The position numbers were made by a program, and so were the translations under genes. Positions 22,473 to 31,098 of a DNA stretch of 64,000 nt are shown here, one piece after another. Within the stretch, counting starts at the first letter, position 1, and each line of letters begins with the position of its first letter. Under the pieces are notes generated by a model that searched no databases, was not told where the DNA came from, and worked only from the letters and a program-made list of their open reading frames with translations. Where the stretch lies: positions 76,348 to 140,347 of the forward strand of contig CAVWFT010000003.1 of the NCBI GenBank assembly GCA_963754445.1, read 5' to 3'. This stretch comes from an uncultured Acidimicrobiaceae bacterium (lineage in GTDB: Bacteria; Actinomycetota; Acidimicrobiia; Acidimicrobiales; RAAP-2).

Positions 22473-24511
22473 TGACGCGCAATCGGATCGGTTTGATCGG
22501 CATCCCGGCCGGTGTGGTCGGGATCGTCGTCATGCTGATCGTGCCGATGCCGCCGTACCTGCTGGACGTCCTCATCAGCCTGAACATCTCGGCCGCCGTG
22601 ATCGTGATGCTCATGAGCATGCACGTCAGGAAGCCGCTCGACTTCTCGGCCTTCCCCGCCCTCCTCCTCGTGGCCACCATGTTCCGGCTGGCCCTCAACG
22701 TCAGCGCCACCCGCCTCGTCCTCGAGCACGGCTACGCCGGCGCGGTCATCGAGTCGTTCGGTTCCTTCGTCGTGGGCGGCTCCCTCATCGTCGGGCTCGT
22801 CGTCTTCCTGATCCTGATCGTCATCCAGTTCGTCGTCGTGACCGCCGGTGCGGGTCGCGTGGCCGAGGTCGCCGCTCGATTCACCCTCGACGGCATGCCC
22901 GGCAAGCAGATGGCCATCGACGCCGATCTCAACTCGGGCTCCATCAACGAGCAGGAGGCCAAGCGCCGACGGGCGGAGATCTCGAACGAAGCCGACTTCT
23001 ACGGCGCCATGGACGGTGCGTCCAAGTTCGTCCGTGGTGACGCCATCGCGGCCGTCATCATCACCCTGATCAATCTGATCGGCGGGTTCGCTGTCGGGAT
23101 CCTCCAACAGCACCTCTCCCCGAGCGACGCCGTACACACGTACTCGCTCCTCAGCGTGGGTGACGGACTCGTCTCGCAGATCCCGGCCCTGCTCCTGTCG
23201 ATCTCGACCGGCATCATGGTGACCCGGGCCGCCACCGAGGACGACTTCGGGACCGACGTACTCACGCAGCTGCGCCGCCAGCACAACGCGGTGCGGGTGG
23301 CCGGCGTCGTCATGATCGCCCTGGCCCTCATCCCCGGGCTGCCCCACATCGCCTTCCTCATCGTGGGCGGCCTCCTCATGCTGGCCGCCAGCCGCTTCCG
23401 GAGGACTACCAACGCCCCGGCTCCGGCCGAGGAGCTCGTGGAGGCGGCGCCCGAGGTCGACTCCCCCGCCGCGCTGGCCGGCGAGGTCCGCATCGACCCG
23501 CTCGAGCTCGAACTGGCCCTCGACCTCATCGACCTCGTCGGTGACGGCGGCGATCTCCTCGACCGGGTCAAGGGTCTGCGGCGCAAGGTGGCCGGCGACC
23601 TCGGGCTGATCGTGCCGCCGGTGCGCACCCGCGACAACCTCGACCTGGCCCAGGGGACCTACACGATTCTGTTGCACGGCGTCGAGGCCGGGCGGGGCAT
23701 GGCGCCTCCCGGTCGCCTGCTCTGCATCGGTGACGGCATCGATGCCCTGCCGGGCGAGTCGACCGTCGAGCCCGTCTTCGGCCTCGGGGCCAAGTGGGTG
23801 CCGACGGAGTTGCGCCAGCAGGCGCTCATGGCGGGGGCCACCGTCGTCGACCGCTCGTCGGTCATCACGACGCACCTGGGCGAGGTGATCTCGGAGAACG
23901 CCGGACGCCTGCTCTCGACCCAGCAGCTGCGCACGCTGCTCGATCTGGTCAAAGAGCGCGAGCCGGTCGTGATGGAGGAGATGGCCGCGGCCAACCTGGC
24001 CCTGAGCGAGCTCCAGCGCGTCCTGTGCGAGCTTCTCAACGAGGGTGTGCCGATCCGCGACCTGGCCCGCATCACCGAGGCCGTCAGCGAGCGGGCCCGG
24101 GTCAGCAAGGACCCCGACGCGCTGCTCGAGGCGGCGCGCAACGCATTGGGGCCGGCCATCACGGCGCTCTACGCCGAGGACGGGACGCTGTACGTCCTGA
24201 CCATCGAGGCCATGGACGAGCGCATGCTCCTCGACTCGGTGACCGCCGGGGAGTACGGCCTGATGCTGGCCATCGACCCGAGCATGGCCGAGCGCCTGGC
24301 CCAACAGGCCGGCTTCCTGTGCGAGCAGGCCGAGCAGGCCGGCCACCAGCCGGTGCTGCTGTGCTCGTCACGCCTGCGACCGGCGGTCCAGCGGCTGCTC
24401 CACGGCCCGGTGCCGCGCCTGCACGTGATCGGCGTCAACGAAGTCTCTTCCAACGTGAAACTCGAACGACTGGGGACGGTGCAACTTGCCCACGAAATCG
24501 CTGCTGCTTGA
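22469..24511 (+). CDS. flhA: Flagellar export apparatus protein FlhA
   Basis: Canonical FlhA N-terminal TM region and FHIPEP motif (RFTLDGMPGKQMAIDADL). 680 aa. ATG at 22472 is an alternative start. Confidence 0.95.
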   Translation: MMTRNRIGLIGIPAGVVGIVVMLIVPMPPYLLDVLISLNISAAVIVMLMSMHVRKPLDFSAFPALLLVATMFRLALNVSATRLVLEHGYAGAVIESFGSFVVGGSLIVGLVVFLILIVIQFVVVTAGAGRVAEVAARFTLDGMPGKQMAIDADLNSGSINEQEAKRRRAEISNEADFYGAMDGASKFVRGDAIAAVIITLINLIGGFAVGILQQHLSPSDAVHTYSLLSVGDGLVSQIPALLLSISTGIMVTRAATEDDFGTDVLTQLRRQHNAVRVAGVVMIALALIPGLPHIAFLIVGGLLMLAASRFRRTTNAPAPAEELVEAAPEVDSPAALAGEVRIDPLELELALDLIDLVGDGGDLLDRVKGLRRKVAGDLGLIVPPVRTRDNLDLAQGTYTILLHGVEAGRGMAPPGRLLCIGDGIDALPGESTVEPVFGLGAKWVPTELRQQALMAGATVVDRSSVITTHLGEVISENAGRLLSTQQLRTLLDLVKEREPVVMEEMAAANLALSELQRVLCELLNEGVPIRDLARITEAVSERARVSKDPDALLEAARNALGPAITALYAEDGTLYVLTIEAMDERMLLDSVTAGEYGLMLAIDPSMAERLAQQAGFLCEQAEQAGHQPVLLCSSRLRPAVQRLLHGPVPRLHVIGVNEVSSNVKLERLGTVQLAHEIAAA

Positions 24512-26111
24512 CGGACCGGACCTCGAGGAGCTCCTGGCCCGTGCCATGAACGAAGCCGGCCCGGGTGGGCGCGTGGCCAGCGCCGACCGGGTGCGACGGG
24601 GCGGGATCGGCGGATTCTTCGCCCGCGAACACTTCGAAGTGGTGATCGAGATCGACGACTACGAGGAGACCGGCGAGACGTCGCCGGCGGCGGCGTCGTC
24701 GGCTCCGAAGCTGGTCACGTCCTCGACCGGGCGGGCCTCGTCACCTCCTGCCGGGGCCCGCAACTGGACCGACCTGGCTGAAGGGACCGAGGACTTCCTC
24801 GACATCTCCGGTACGACCTCGCCGAGCCCCGAGGCGGAACCGGCATCGCCGGCCGCCCCTGCGGCGCTCGGGTCGGAGGCCCGGATGCCCTCCACCCAGA
24901 AGGCGTCCTTCGCCGCCATGTTGACCGCGATCGCCCGGGACACGGTGGCGGACGAGGACGTGCCCGCCGCCATCGACGCCACCGGCGCCACCGTTCTGGG
25001 CGACGACCCCACGTTGGTCGTCCCGGCGGTGACCGGCCCCGCCGAGACGGCTCCCCCGGCGACGACGCGCCGCCGGCAGACCTTCACGGGGACCACCACC
25101 ACGAGCAGGAGCGGCGCCTGGATCGAGGCCATCGCCGAGGCCCGCCCCGAACCGGAGCCCGCGCCCGCTGCCGAGTCGGCGTCCGCCCACCTGCCGAACC
25201 CGGCCGGCGACGGCATCACCGCCGACGCCCAGACTCCCGTGCTGGCCGCCGAGTTGTTCGCCCACCTCGACGCGGCCGTCACGTCGACGGGCATCGCTGC
25301 GACGGGCGGCAACCGGGCTCCGATCGCGTCGTCGGTCGTGCAGCCGGCTCTGGCCTCGCTCGGCCTGCCGGCCGACCTGTTGCCGGAGGACTCGATCCTG
25401 TCCTGCCTCGAGAAACTGAGCACGACGAACGACGCCCAGACCTACGTGGAGGTCGCGCTGACCTCCGCCCTGCAGCGCCTGCCGGCGCCACCGCAACCGC
25501 CCGACCGGCCCGGCTCCGTCATGGTCATCGTGGGGGACCTCGACCGGGCGCTCGAATGCGCCGCCACGCTGGCCGATCGGGCCGGCATCGACCTCGACAC
25601 CATCGTGGTCGCGTCCCAGGCCCGCCACCGGCGCGGCGTCATGGCCCGACACCGCCTCTCGACCCCCGAAGAGGCGGCGGAGCTGGCCTCTCGCAGCCGG
25701 CGCATGCCGCACCCGGTGATCGTCGCCATGCACGCGCCGGTCTCGGCCGAACCCGACCGTTGGGCCATGCGCCTGCTCGCAGCGCTCTCCCCCGCCGCCG
25801 TGTGGGGCGTCGCCTCGGCGACGCACAAGTGCGAGGACCTGGCGGCATGGGGCGAAGGCCTCGGCGGCCTCGACGCCCTGGCGCTCGAGGATCTGGCGGC
25901 CACCACGAGCCCGGCCGACGCCCTGGCCTCCGGCATCCCCGTCGCCATCCTCGACGGGCAGCACGCCACGCCCGCGCTGTGGGCGGCGCTCATCGCCGCC
26001 CGGCTGCTGATCGCCCGGGTCGCTGCTTCCGCTGCACCGGGCCGGGCCATGACGGCGTCGGCCAACCAGGCCGGACTCGGCTCGACGGTGGGCCGGGCCG
26101 GGACGGTTTGA
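24486..26111 (+). CDS. flhF: FlhF-like protein with degenerate GTPase motifs
   Basis: FlhF-type N-terminus (DLEELLARAMNEAGPGGRV...GGIGGFFAREHFEVVIEID). C-terminal region aligns by eye to the SRP-GTPase fold but reads VMVIVGDLDRAL where the P-loop is expected. No GK[ST] anywhere in the protein. TTG start. Confidence 0.6.
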   Translation: MPTKSLLLDGPDLEELLARAMNEAGPGGRVASADRVRRGGIGGFFAREHFEVVIEIDDYEETGETSPAAASSAPKLVTSSTGRASSPPAGARNWTDLAEGTEDFLDISGTTSPSPEAEPASPAAPAALGSEARMPSTQKASFAAMLTAIARDTVADEDVPAAIDATGATVLGDDPTLVVPAVTGPAETAPPATTRRRQTFTGTTTTSRSGAWIEAIAEARPEPEPAPAAESASAHLPNPAGDGITADAQTPVLAAELFAHLDAAVTSTGIAATGGNRAPIASSVVQPALASLGLPADLLPEDSILSCLEKLSTTNDAQTYVEVALTSALQRLPAPPQPPDRPGSVMVIVGDLDRALECAATLADRAGIDLDTIVVASQARHRRGVMARHRLSTPEEAAELASRSRRMPHPVIVAMHAPVSAEPDRWAMRLLAALSPAAVWGVASATHKCEDLAAWGEGLGGLDALALEDLAATTSPADALASGIPVAILDGQHATPALWAALIAARLLIARVAASAAPGRAMTASANQAGLGSTVGRAGTV

Positions 26112-26113
26112 TC

Positions 26114-26401
26114 ATGGGTGTCCGGCGACCGGAGCTGGTCCTGGGGGCGGCCGTTCTCGTCAGCTTGCCCATGGTGCCCGACATCCTGAGCGGCGCCATC
26201 GACACGACGGCCGCGCTCGTGCGCTTCCTCGGGGCCATCCTCGTCTGCTGGGTGTTGGCCTCGATCGTGCAGTCGGTCGTGGACCGGTACGCCGATGCGG
26301 CCGCCCAGCGCGAGTACGAGGTGCAGTTGGCCCGGGCACGGGCCCAGCACGTGACGGCGTCGGACATCGAAAGTCCCGGAGGTCCCGCGGCACAGGGGTG
26401 A
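26114..26401 (+). CDS. Small membrane protein, 95 aa, two predicted TM helices
   Basis: ATG lies 3 nt after the flhF-like stop. Hydrophobic segments LVLGAAVLVSLPMV and FLGAILVCWVLASIV. Confidence 0.5.
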   Translation: MGVRRPELVLGAAVLVSLPMVPDILSGAIDTTAALVRFLGAILVCWVLASIVQSVVDRYADAAAQREYEVQLARARAQHVTASDIESPGGPAAQG

Positions 26402-26450
26402 GCTGGATCTATACTCGCCGCCTGGTACGAGATCCCCGAGGAGGCGGCCC

Positions 26451-26771
26451 GTGTTGGTCTTGAGCCGCCGGTCCCATGAAAGCATCCGGATCGGTGACAC
26501 CATCGTCATCACCGTGCTCGAGGTCCGAGGCGACCACGTGCGGCTCGGCATCGATGCTCCCCACGACGTCGAAGTCCATCGCCAAGAGGTCTACGACGCC
26601 ATCCAGACGGCGAACGTCTCGGCCGCATCGCCCGCGCCGGTGGCCGTGGCTGCCGCGGCCTCTGCACTACGTCGGGCCATGGGGAACGGGGCCGCGGGGG
26701 ATGCCGCCCCGTCGCCGGATGAGGCGGCGGGTCCTGAGGGTGCCCGCCCTCCTCGAACCGACACCGACTGA
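26451..26771 (+). CDS. csrA: Carbon storage regulator CsrA with a long Ala/Pro-rich C-terminal tail
   Basis: MLVLSRRSHESIRIGDTIVITVLEVRGDHVRLGIDAPHDVEVHRQEVY. GTG start behind GAGGAGG. Confidence 0.9.
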   Translation: MLVLSRRSHESIRIGDTIVITVLEVRGDHVRLGIDAPHDVEVHRQEVYDAIQTANVSAASPAPVAVAAAASALRRAMGNGAAGDAAPSPDEAAGPEGARPPRTDTD

Positions 26772-26790
26772 CGACCGACCGACCGACGGC

Positions 26791-26822
26791 GTGCGGTCGG
26801 ACTGACGATCTGCGGTCCGCAC
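26791..26822. terminator. Hairpin between the convergent csrA and fliW genes (possible bidirectional terminator)
   Basis: GTGCGG...CCGCAC inverted repeat. No U-tract. Confidence 0.3.
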
Positions 26823-26908
26823 GTGTCACGGCCTGAGCGGCCACGGTCGCCGGTGGCCCAGCCCGAAAGGCCCTGCCCGCCAGGCCTCCCCCGAGGACCG
26901 CTCTGGTC

Positions 26909-27403
26909 CTAGCGGGCCGCGCTCGCCACGGCCGGCGGCACCAGGGGCGCCGCCACGTCGTACTCGGAGCCGTGCATCACGACCTGGGCCGCAGCCCCGT
27001 TGCGTCGGTTGACGACGATCGGACCCAGCAGGTTCGCCGTGGGTGAACTGCCGTCCTCGGCCAGGGTCACGATCGAGAGCACGGCGGCATCCTCGGCCTG
27101 TAGCCCGAGCCGCTCCACCGTCTCCTCGTCCACCTCGACCTGGTAGTCGGGGAACAGCAGCCCCGGCGGCACGACGATGAACTCGACGCCCGGCGGTTGG
27201 GTGGCGCGCAGGCGGCAGAACGGCGCCAAGTCTCCGGGCATCGGCTCGATGACGAAGTCACGCAATTCGTCGAAGCCGGGTATCCCGACGGCGAACGTGA
27301 CCTCGAGAACCTCGTCGGTGTCGGTCGTGCGATCGAGCAGTACCGGCGTCGGGCCGGCACCAGTTTCGGCGGGAGGAGTCATGTCTTCACCGGTTCCGCT
27401 CAT
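26909..27403 (-). CDS. fliW: Flagellar assembly factor FliW (CsrA antagonist)
   Basis: FliW-like core (VTFAVGIPGFDELRDFVIEP...FIVVPPGLLFPDYQVEV...ANLLGPIVVNRRN). ATG 27403 overlaps the flgL stop as ATGA. Confidence 0.85.
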   Translation of the reverse strand: MSGTGEDMTPPAETGAGPTPVLLDRTTDTDEVLEVTFAVGIPGFDELRDFVIEPMPGDLAPFCRLRATQPPGVEFIVVPPGLLFPDYQVEVDEETVERLGLQAEDAAVLSIVTLAEDGSSPTANLLGPIVVNRRNGAAAQVVMHGSEYDVAAPLVPPAVASAAR

Positions 27404-28359
27404 CCCGCACCCAAGAACGAAACAAGCGAAGGCTGGACCAAGTTGGCCGTCGCCCACAGCGCCGTTTGGTACGAGTTCTGCTGCTGCGTGAGGTTGGTCA
27501 TCGCCTGGGGCAGGTTGACGCTCTGGATCCCCGACAACTCGGAGTTCAGAGCTGCCTGCGTGCTCGAGGCTTGCGTCGAGAGGGCCTGCATCTGCTGGTA
27601 CTGGGCCCCCAGCTGGGCCGCCTGGTTCTCGACGGTGGCAATGGCGCTGTCGAGATTCTGCAGATCGGTTCCCGACGCGGCCGCCAGCGACGTCGGCGTT
27701 CCCGTCGAGATGTCCTGCGAGATCTGCGCCAGCACACCGAGGCTGCCCGGTGTCGTGCTGAGCAGGCCGGTCGTCCCGGTCCCGAAGACCGAATCACCGG
27801 TCACCGAGATGGCGACCTGGGTCCCCGGGGCCACGGTCCGCACGGGTGCATTGCCGCCCCCGACGTACGTGCCGCTCGAGTCGAAGGCGGTGGTCACGTT
27901 GCCCGTGCCGGCGAAGATCGCCTGGCCGTTGTAGTTGGTGTTGGCCAGGTTGAGCAGGGTCTGCTGGGCCTGGCTGACCTGGTCGGCCAGGGCCGACAGC
28001 CCGGACTGGGAACCCGACAACGTGGCCGAGCTGATGGAGAGCACGTTCTGGCGCACCGACTGCAGCGTGCTGATGATCTCGTTCATGGTGGAGTTGCCCT
28101 GCTGGAGCCAACCGAGACCGTCACTCGCGTTGTTGGAGTACGAGGTCGAGCGGCTCAGCGCCGCATTGATCTGCATGATGTTGGCGGCCAGCGCCGGGTT
28201 GTCCGAGGGCTGGTTCACCACGTTGCCCGTCGACAGCTGCTCCTGGAGCTGCGCGATCGACGTCTCGTCGCTGTTCAGATTGGAGATCATCTCGTCGTTC
28301 ATGACCGACGGGGTGAGTTGGATGGACGGCATGAACGACCCACTCATCGACACGGTCAT
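27400..28359 (-). CDS. flgL: Hook-filament junction protein FlgL
   Basis: Flagellin-like N and C termini (LQEQLSTGNVVNQPSDNPALAA). Follows flgK. Confidence 0.85.
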   Translation of the reverse strand: MTVSMSGSFMPSIQLTPSVMNDEMISNLNSDETSIAQLQEQLSTGNVVNQPSDNPALAANIMQINAALSRSTSYSNNASDGLGWLQQGNSTMNEIISTLQSVRQNVLSISSATLSGSQSGLSALADQVSQAQQTLLNLANTNYNGQAIFAGTGNVTTAFDSSGTYVGGGNAPVRTVAPGTQVAISVTGDSVFGTGTTGLLSTTPGSLGVLAQISQDISTGTPTSLAAASGTDLQNLDSAIATVENQAAQLGAQYQQMQALSTQASSTQAALNSELSGIQSVNLPQAMTNLTQQQNSYQTALWATANLVQPSLVSFLGAG

Positions 28360-28456
28360 CGGATCAAACCCCCACTCCAGCCCGGGTGAACGTGCACGCG
28401 AAATCGTACTGTCCCGGTGTCATCGGTCGGCGTCATCGAAGTGCGGCAGAACTGGT

Positions 28457-29848
28457 TCATGTCGCCGCCAGCAGCGATTGGACCATTGTGTCGATGGTCG
28501 AGATGACCTTCGCCGACGCCTGATAGGCCTGCTGGAACCCGAGCATCTCCACCGTCTGTTGGTCGGTGTTGACGCCTGTCACCGACCCCAGCGAGGCCGA
28601 GAGGGACTGGCTGAGCGATGACTGGGCATTGCTCTGGGCGGTCACCGTCTGCACGTCGGAGCCCACGTTCGTGATGAAGGTCTGGTAGGCCTGGTCCGGT
28701 CCCGTCGGCGAGGTGCCGAGCTCGGCCAGGGCCGATGCGTTCGAGCCGTCGTTCGTGCCGTTGGTGGCCGACGACGCCGCCGCCAGCAGGGCCGGGTTGC
28801 CGACCACGGCCTGGTTGACCGAAATCGTGGCGGCCGCTCCCGACGAGTTCCCGATCACGAAGAGCGGCGCGCTGTTGTTCGGGCCCACCCCTGCTCCGGC
28901 TGCCACGTCGGAGTTCCCCGAGGCGTCGAAGCCCTGCCCCAGCGCACTGTTGACCGTGTTGGCCAGGTTGGTGGCCACCGTGTTCAGTTGCGACTGGTAG
29001 CCCGGGATGCTCACGTTGACCGCAGTCAAGAGGCCGGCCAGTGTGCCGTTGGACACCGGCAGTGTCACGCCGGTGTTGTTCGACACGATCGACACGGACG
29101 GCGGCGAGCCGGTCGACTTCATGGTGAGGGAGTCGGACGTGCCGCCCTGCACGAGCTGGACGCCGCCCACGTAGACGTTGAGGGAGCCGTCGGACTGCGC
29201 ATTGGTCGTGATGCCGATGTCTTGACCGAGCTGACCGACCAGGTTGTTGCGCTGGTCGATCAGCGAGTTCGGTTGCCCGCCCGAGGCCACCGTGGCCACG
29301 ATGGACTTGTTCAGCGCGGCCACCTGGCTCAGCAGGCCGTTGACCTGCGTCACGTCCGAGTTGATCTGCGTCGACGTGTTCTCGGCCGTCTGCGACAACG
29401 AAGTGGACGCCTGGTTCAGGGTGGAGACCATGTTCTCGGCTTGGTTGATGACCTCGGTCCGGGGCGCCGTCTCCGAAGGATTGGTGGCGATGGTGTCCCA
29501 GGACGACCAGAAGGTCGAGAGCTGGGCCGACAAGCCGTTCGATCCCGGCTCGGGGAAGATCGACTCGATGGACGAGAGCGTCTGTTGCAGGGCCGAACTC
29601 CCCGCCGCCGCGCCCGAGGCGGCCAGGTTGTCCGCGCTCAGCACGGCGTCTTGCGCCTGGGCGACGTTCAGCACGGTCACGCCGGCGCCGATGCCGAGGA
29701 CGTCGCCCGATGCCGTGGTGGTCAGCACCGGGGACTCGGCGGCATAGCCGGCCGTGTTCACGTTGGAGAGGTTGTCGGCGATGGTGTCCATCGCGGCTCG
29801 ATCGGCCTCGAGGCCGGACGCGGCGATGGCGAAGCCGGCGTCAGTCAC
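28457..29848 (-). CDS. flgK: Hook-filament junction protein FlgK
   Basis: N-terminal AASGLEADRAAMDTIADNLSNVNTAGY and a conserved C-terminus. GTG start behind GGGAGGGAAGGGGGA. Confidence 0.9.
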   Translation of the reverse strand: MTDAGFAIAASGLEADRAAMDTIADNLSNVNTAGYAAESPVLTTTASGDVLGIGAGVTVLNVAQAQDAVLSADNLAASGAAAGSSALQQTLSSIESIFPEPGSNGLSAQLSTFWSSWDTIATNPSETAPRTEVINQAENMVSTLNQASTSLSQTAENTSTQINSDVTQVNGLLSQVAALNKSIVATVASGGQPNSLIDQRNNLVGQLGQDIGITTNAQSDGSLNVYVGGVQLVQGGTSDSLTMKSTGSPPSVSIVSNNTGVTLPVSNGTLAGLLTAVNVSIPGYQSQLNTVATNLANTVNSALGQGFDASGNSDVAAGAGVGPNNSAPLFVIGNSSGAAATISVNQAVVGNPALLAAASSATNGTNDGSNASALAELGTSPTGPDQAYQTFITNVGSDVQTVTAQSNAQSSLSQSLSASLGSVTGVNTDQQTVEMLGFQQAYQASAKVISTIDTMVQSLLAAT

Positions 29849-29910
29849 GCGTCCCCCTTCCCTCCCGCTCGATCCCCATGTCGATCACGACGTCCACGTC
29901 CCTGCAGTCC

Positions 29911-30399
29911 CTATGCGGTGGCGTTCAACAGCTGCACGCCGGAGCGCCCCCGGCCGGCCCGTCGGCCGGACGCCGCGTAGGCCACGGCCGGCTGCACTCC
30001 GAGGTATGCCAGGGCGTCGGTCGTCGCTGCCATGCGGCGGGCCAGGATCTCGCGGTTCGCCGCCGACACCTTCTCGATCTGTTCGAAGTGGTCGAGCATG
30101 GCCTGACGGTGACCAGCCAGGATCTCGCTCCACGGCTCGGGGGCCGCGGCCACGAGCGCAGCCAAGGTCGGGGCCGAGCCCAGACCAAGTTCCACCCCCA
30201 CCGCGGCGACCGCTTCTTCCCGTTCGGTGTCGGCCAACTCCAGCATCTCCACCACTTGCTCGACCTCGGCTGTGGCGCGGTCGAGCCAACTGTGGTGCCC
30301 GGAGGCGAGGATCAGATGTTCCTCGGCCAACTTGAACCGGAGAAGCTCCAACACACAGCGCTCGCGCCACAGGCGAGTCGACAGCTCGTCGAAACCCAT
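29911..30399 (-). CDS. flgN: FlgN-family flagellar chaperone
   Basis: Helical protein of 162 aa directly upstream of flgK. FlgN-like pattern (LWRERCVLELLRFKLAEEHLIL...). Confidence 0.7.
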   Translation of the reverse strand: MGFDELSTRLWRERCVLELLRFKLAEEHLILASGHHSWLDRATAEVEQVVEMLELADTEREEAVAAVGVELGLGSAPTLAALVAAAPEPWSEILAGHRQAMLDHFEQIEKVSAANREILARRMAATTDALAYLGVQPAVAYAASGRRAGRGRSGVQLLNATA

Positions 30400-30406
30400 A
30401 TGTGCT

Positions 30407-30434
30407 GTATCGGCAGCCCCGCGGACCCGGTAAA
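30407..30434 (-). promoter_or_regulatory. Sigma-28-type -10 GCCGATAC ending 7 nt before the flgN ATG (weak -35 TTTA at N16)
   Basis: Minus strand reads TTTACCGGGTCCGCGGGGCTGCCGATACagcacatATG. Confidence 0.45.
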
Positions 30435-30579
30435 GCTTTTTTGGTCCGGCTGCCCCGCCGGGGGACCGGACCGCTCCCCGGGGTCGCCTCCGTCACCCCG
30501 CCGGGCCGCCCACCCCCGCTCCGCCGGACGATACGGGGGTTGGGGCTGCACCGGTGATGTTGTTCTCCGGCTCAGTGCC

Positions 30580-31098
30580 TCACTGGGTCACGAAGCTGGT
30601 GAGGTAGATGGCGCTGATCTGCTGCGCCCCCTCGGAGGTTCCCGCGATTTTCTGGAAAGCGGCCAGCAGGCTGGCTTGGGCCGCTTCACGCCCGGCCGGG
30701 TTGAGCAGGTCCGGCATGGTGAGTGCACCGAACACATCGATCTCGGCGTTGAGGAATTTGGGATCCTCGTCGGCCAGCGTGCTCGTCTCGGCCGGCGCCG
30801 TCTGCTGCATGGCCACGGTCACCTGCAGCAGGTGGCCGTCGGAGAGGTTGATGGTGTTCTGGGGCAGGCTGACGATCTTGCCGGCCGGCACCTTCTCTCC
30901 CGCCTTGTAGTGCGGCGGGAACAGCATCGGCTGAAGCACCATCGACCAGGCGCCGTAGCCCAGCACCAGGGCGCCCACCAAGATGATGAGCTTCTTCTTC
31001 AGCCCGCCCTTCTTCTTCTCACCGTCCTCTTCGCCTTCGCCCGCGGCCTGCGCTGCGTCCTGCTGCGCCGCGGCCTTTGGTGACATGGTGATCGTCAT
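30580..31098 (-). CDS. fliL: Flagellar basal body-associated protein FliL
   Basis: One TM segment followed by a FliL domain (IVSLPQNTINLSDGHLLQVTVAMQ). ATGA overlap with motB. Confidence 0.8.
   Translation of the reverse strand: MTITMSPKAAAQQDAAQAAGEGEEDGEKKKGGLKKKLIILVGALVLGYGAWSMVLQPMLFPPHYKAGEKVPAGKIVSLPQNTINLSDGHLLQVTVAMQQTAPAETSTLADEDPKFLNAEIDVFGALTMPDLLNPAGREAAQASLLAAFQKIAGTSEGAQQISAIYLTSFVTQ

Noticed and set aside
26771-26787. (CGAC)4 microsatellite just after csrA
   Set aside because: Very short, in a convergent intergenic region, with no obvious functional context. Probably a trivial low-complexity run.
30312-30551. 79-aa ORF as a possible flgM
   Set aside because: Pro/Arg/Gly-rich, it overlaps the flgN start out of frame and has no FlgM-like C-terminal helices.
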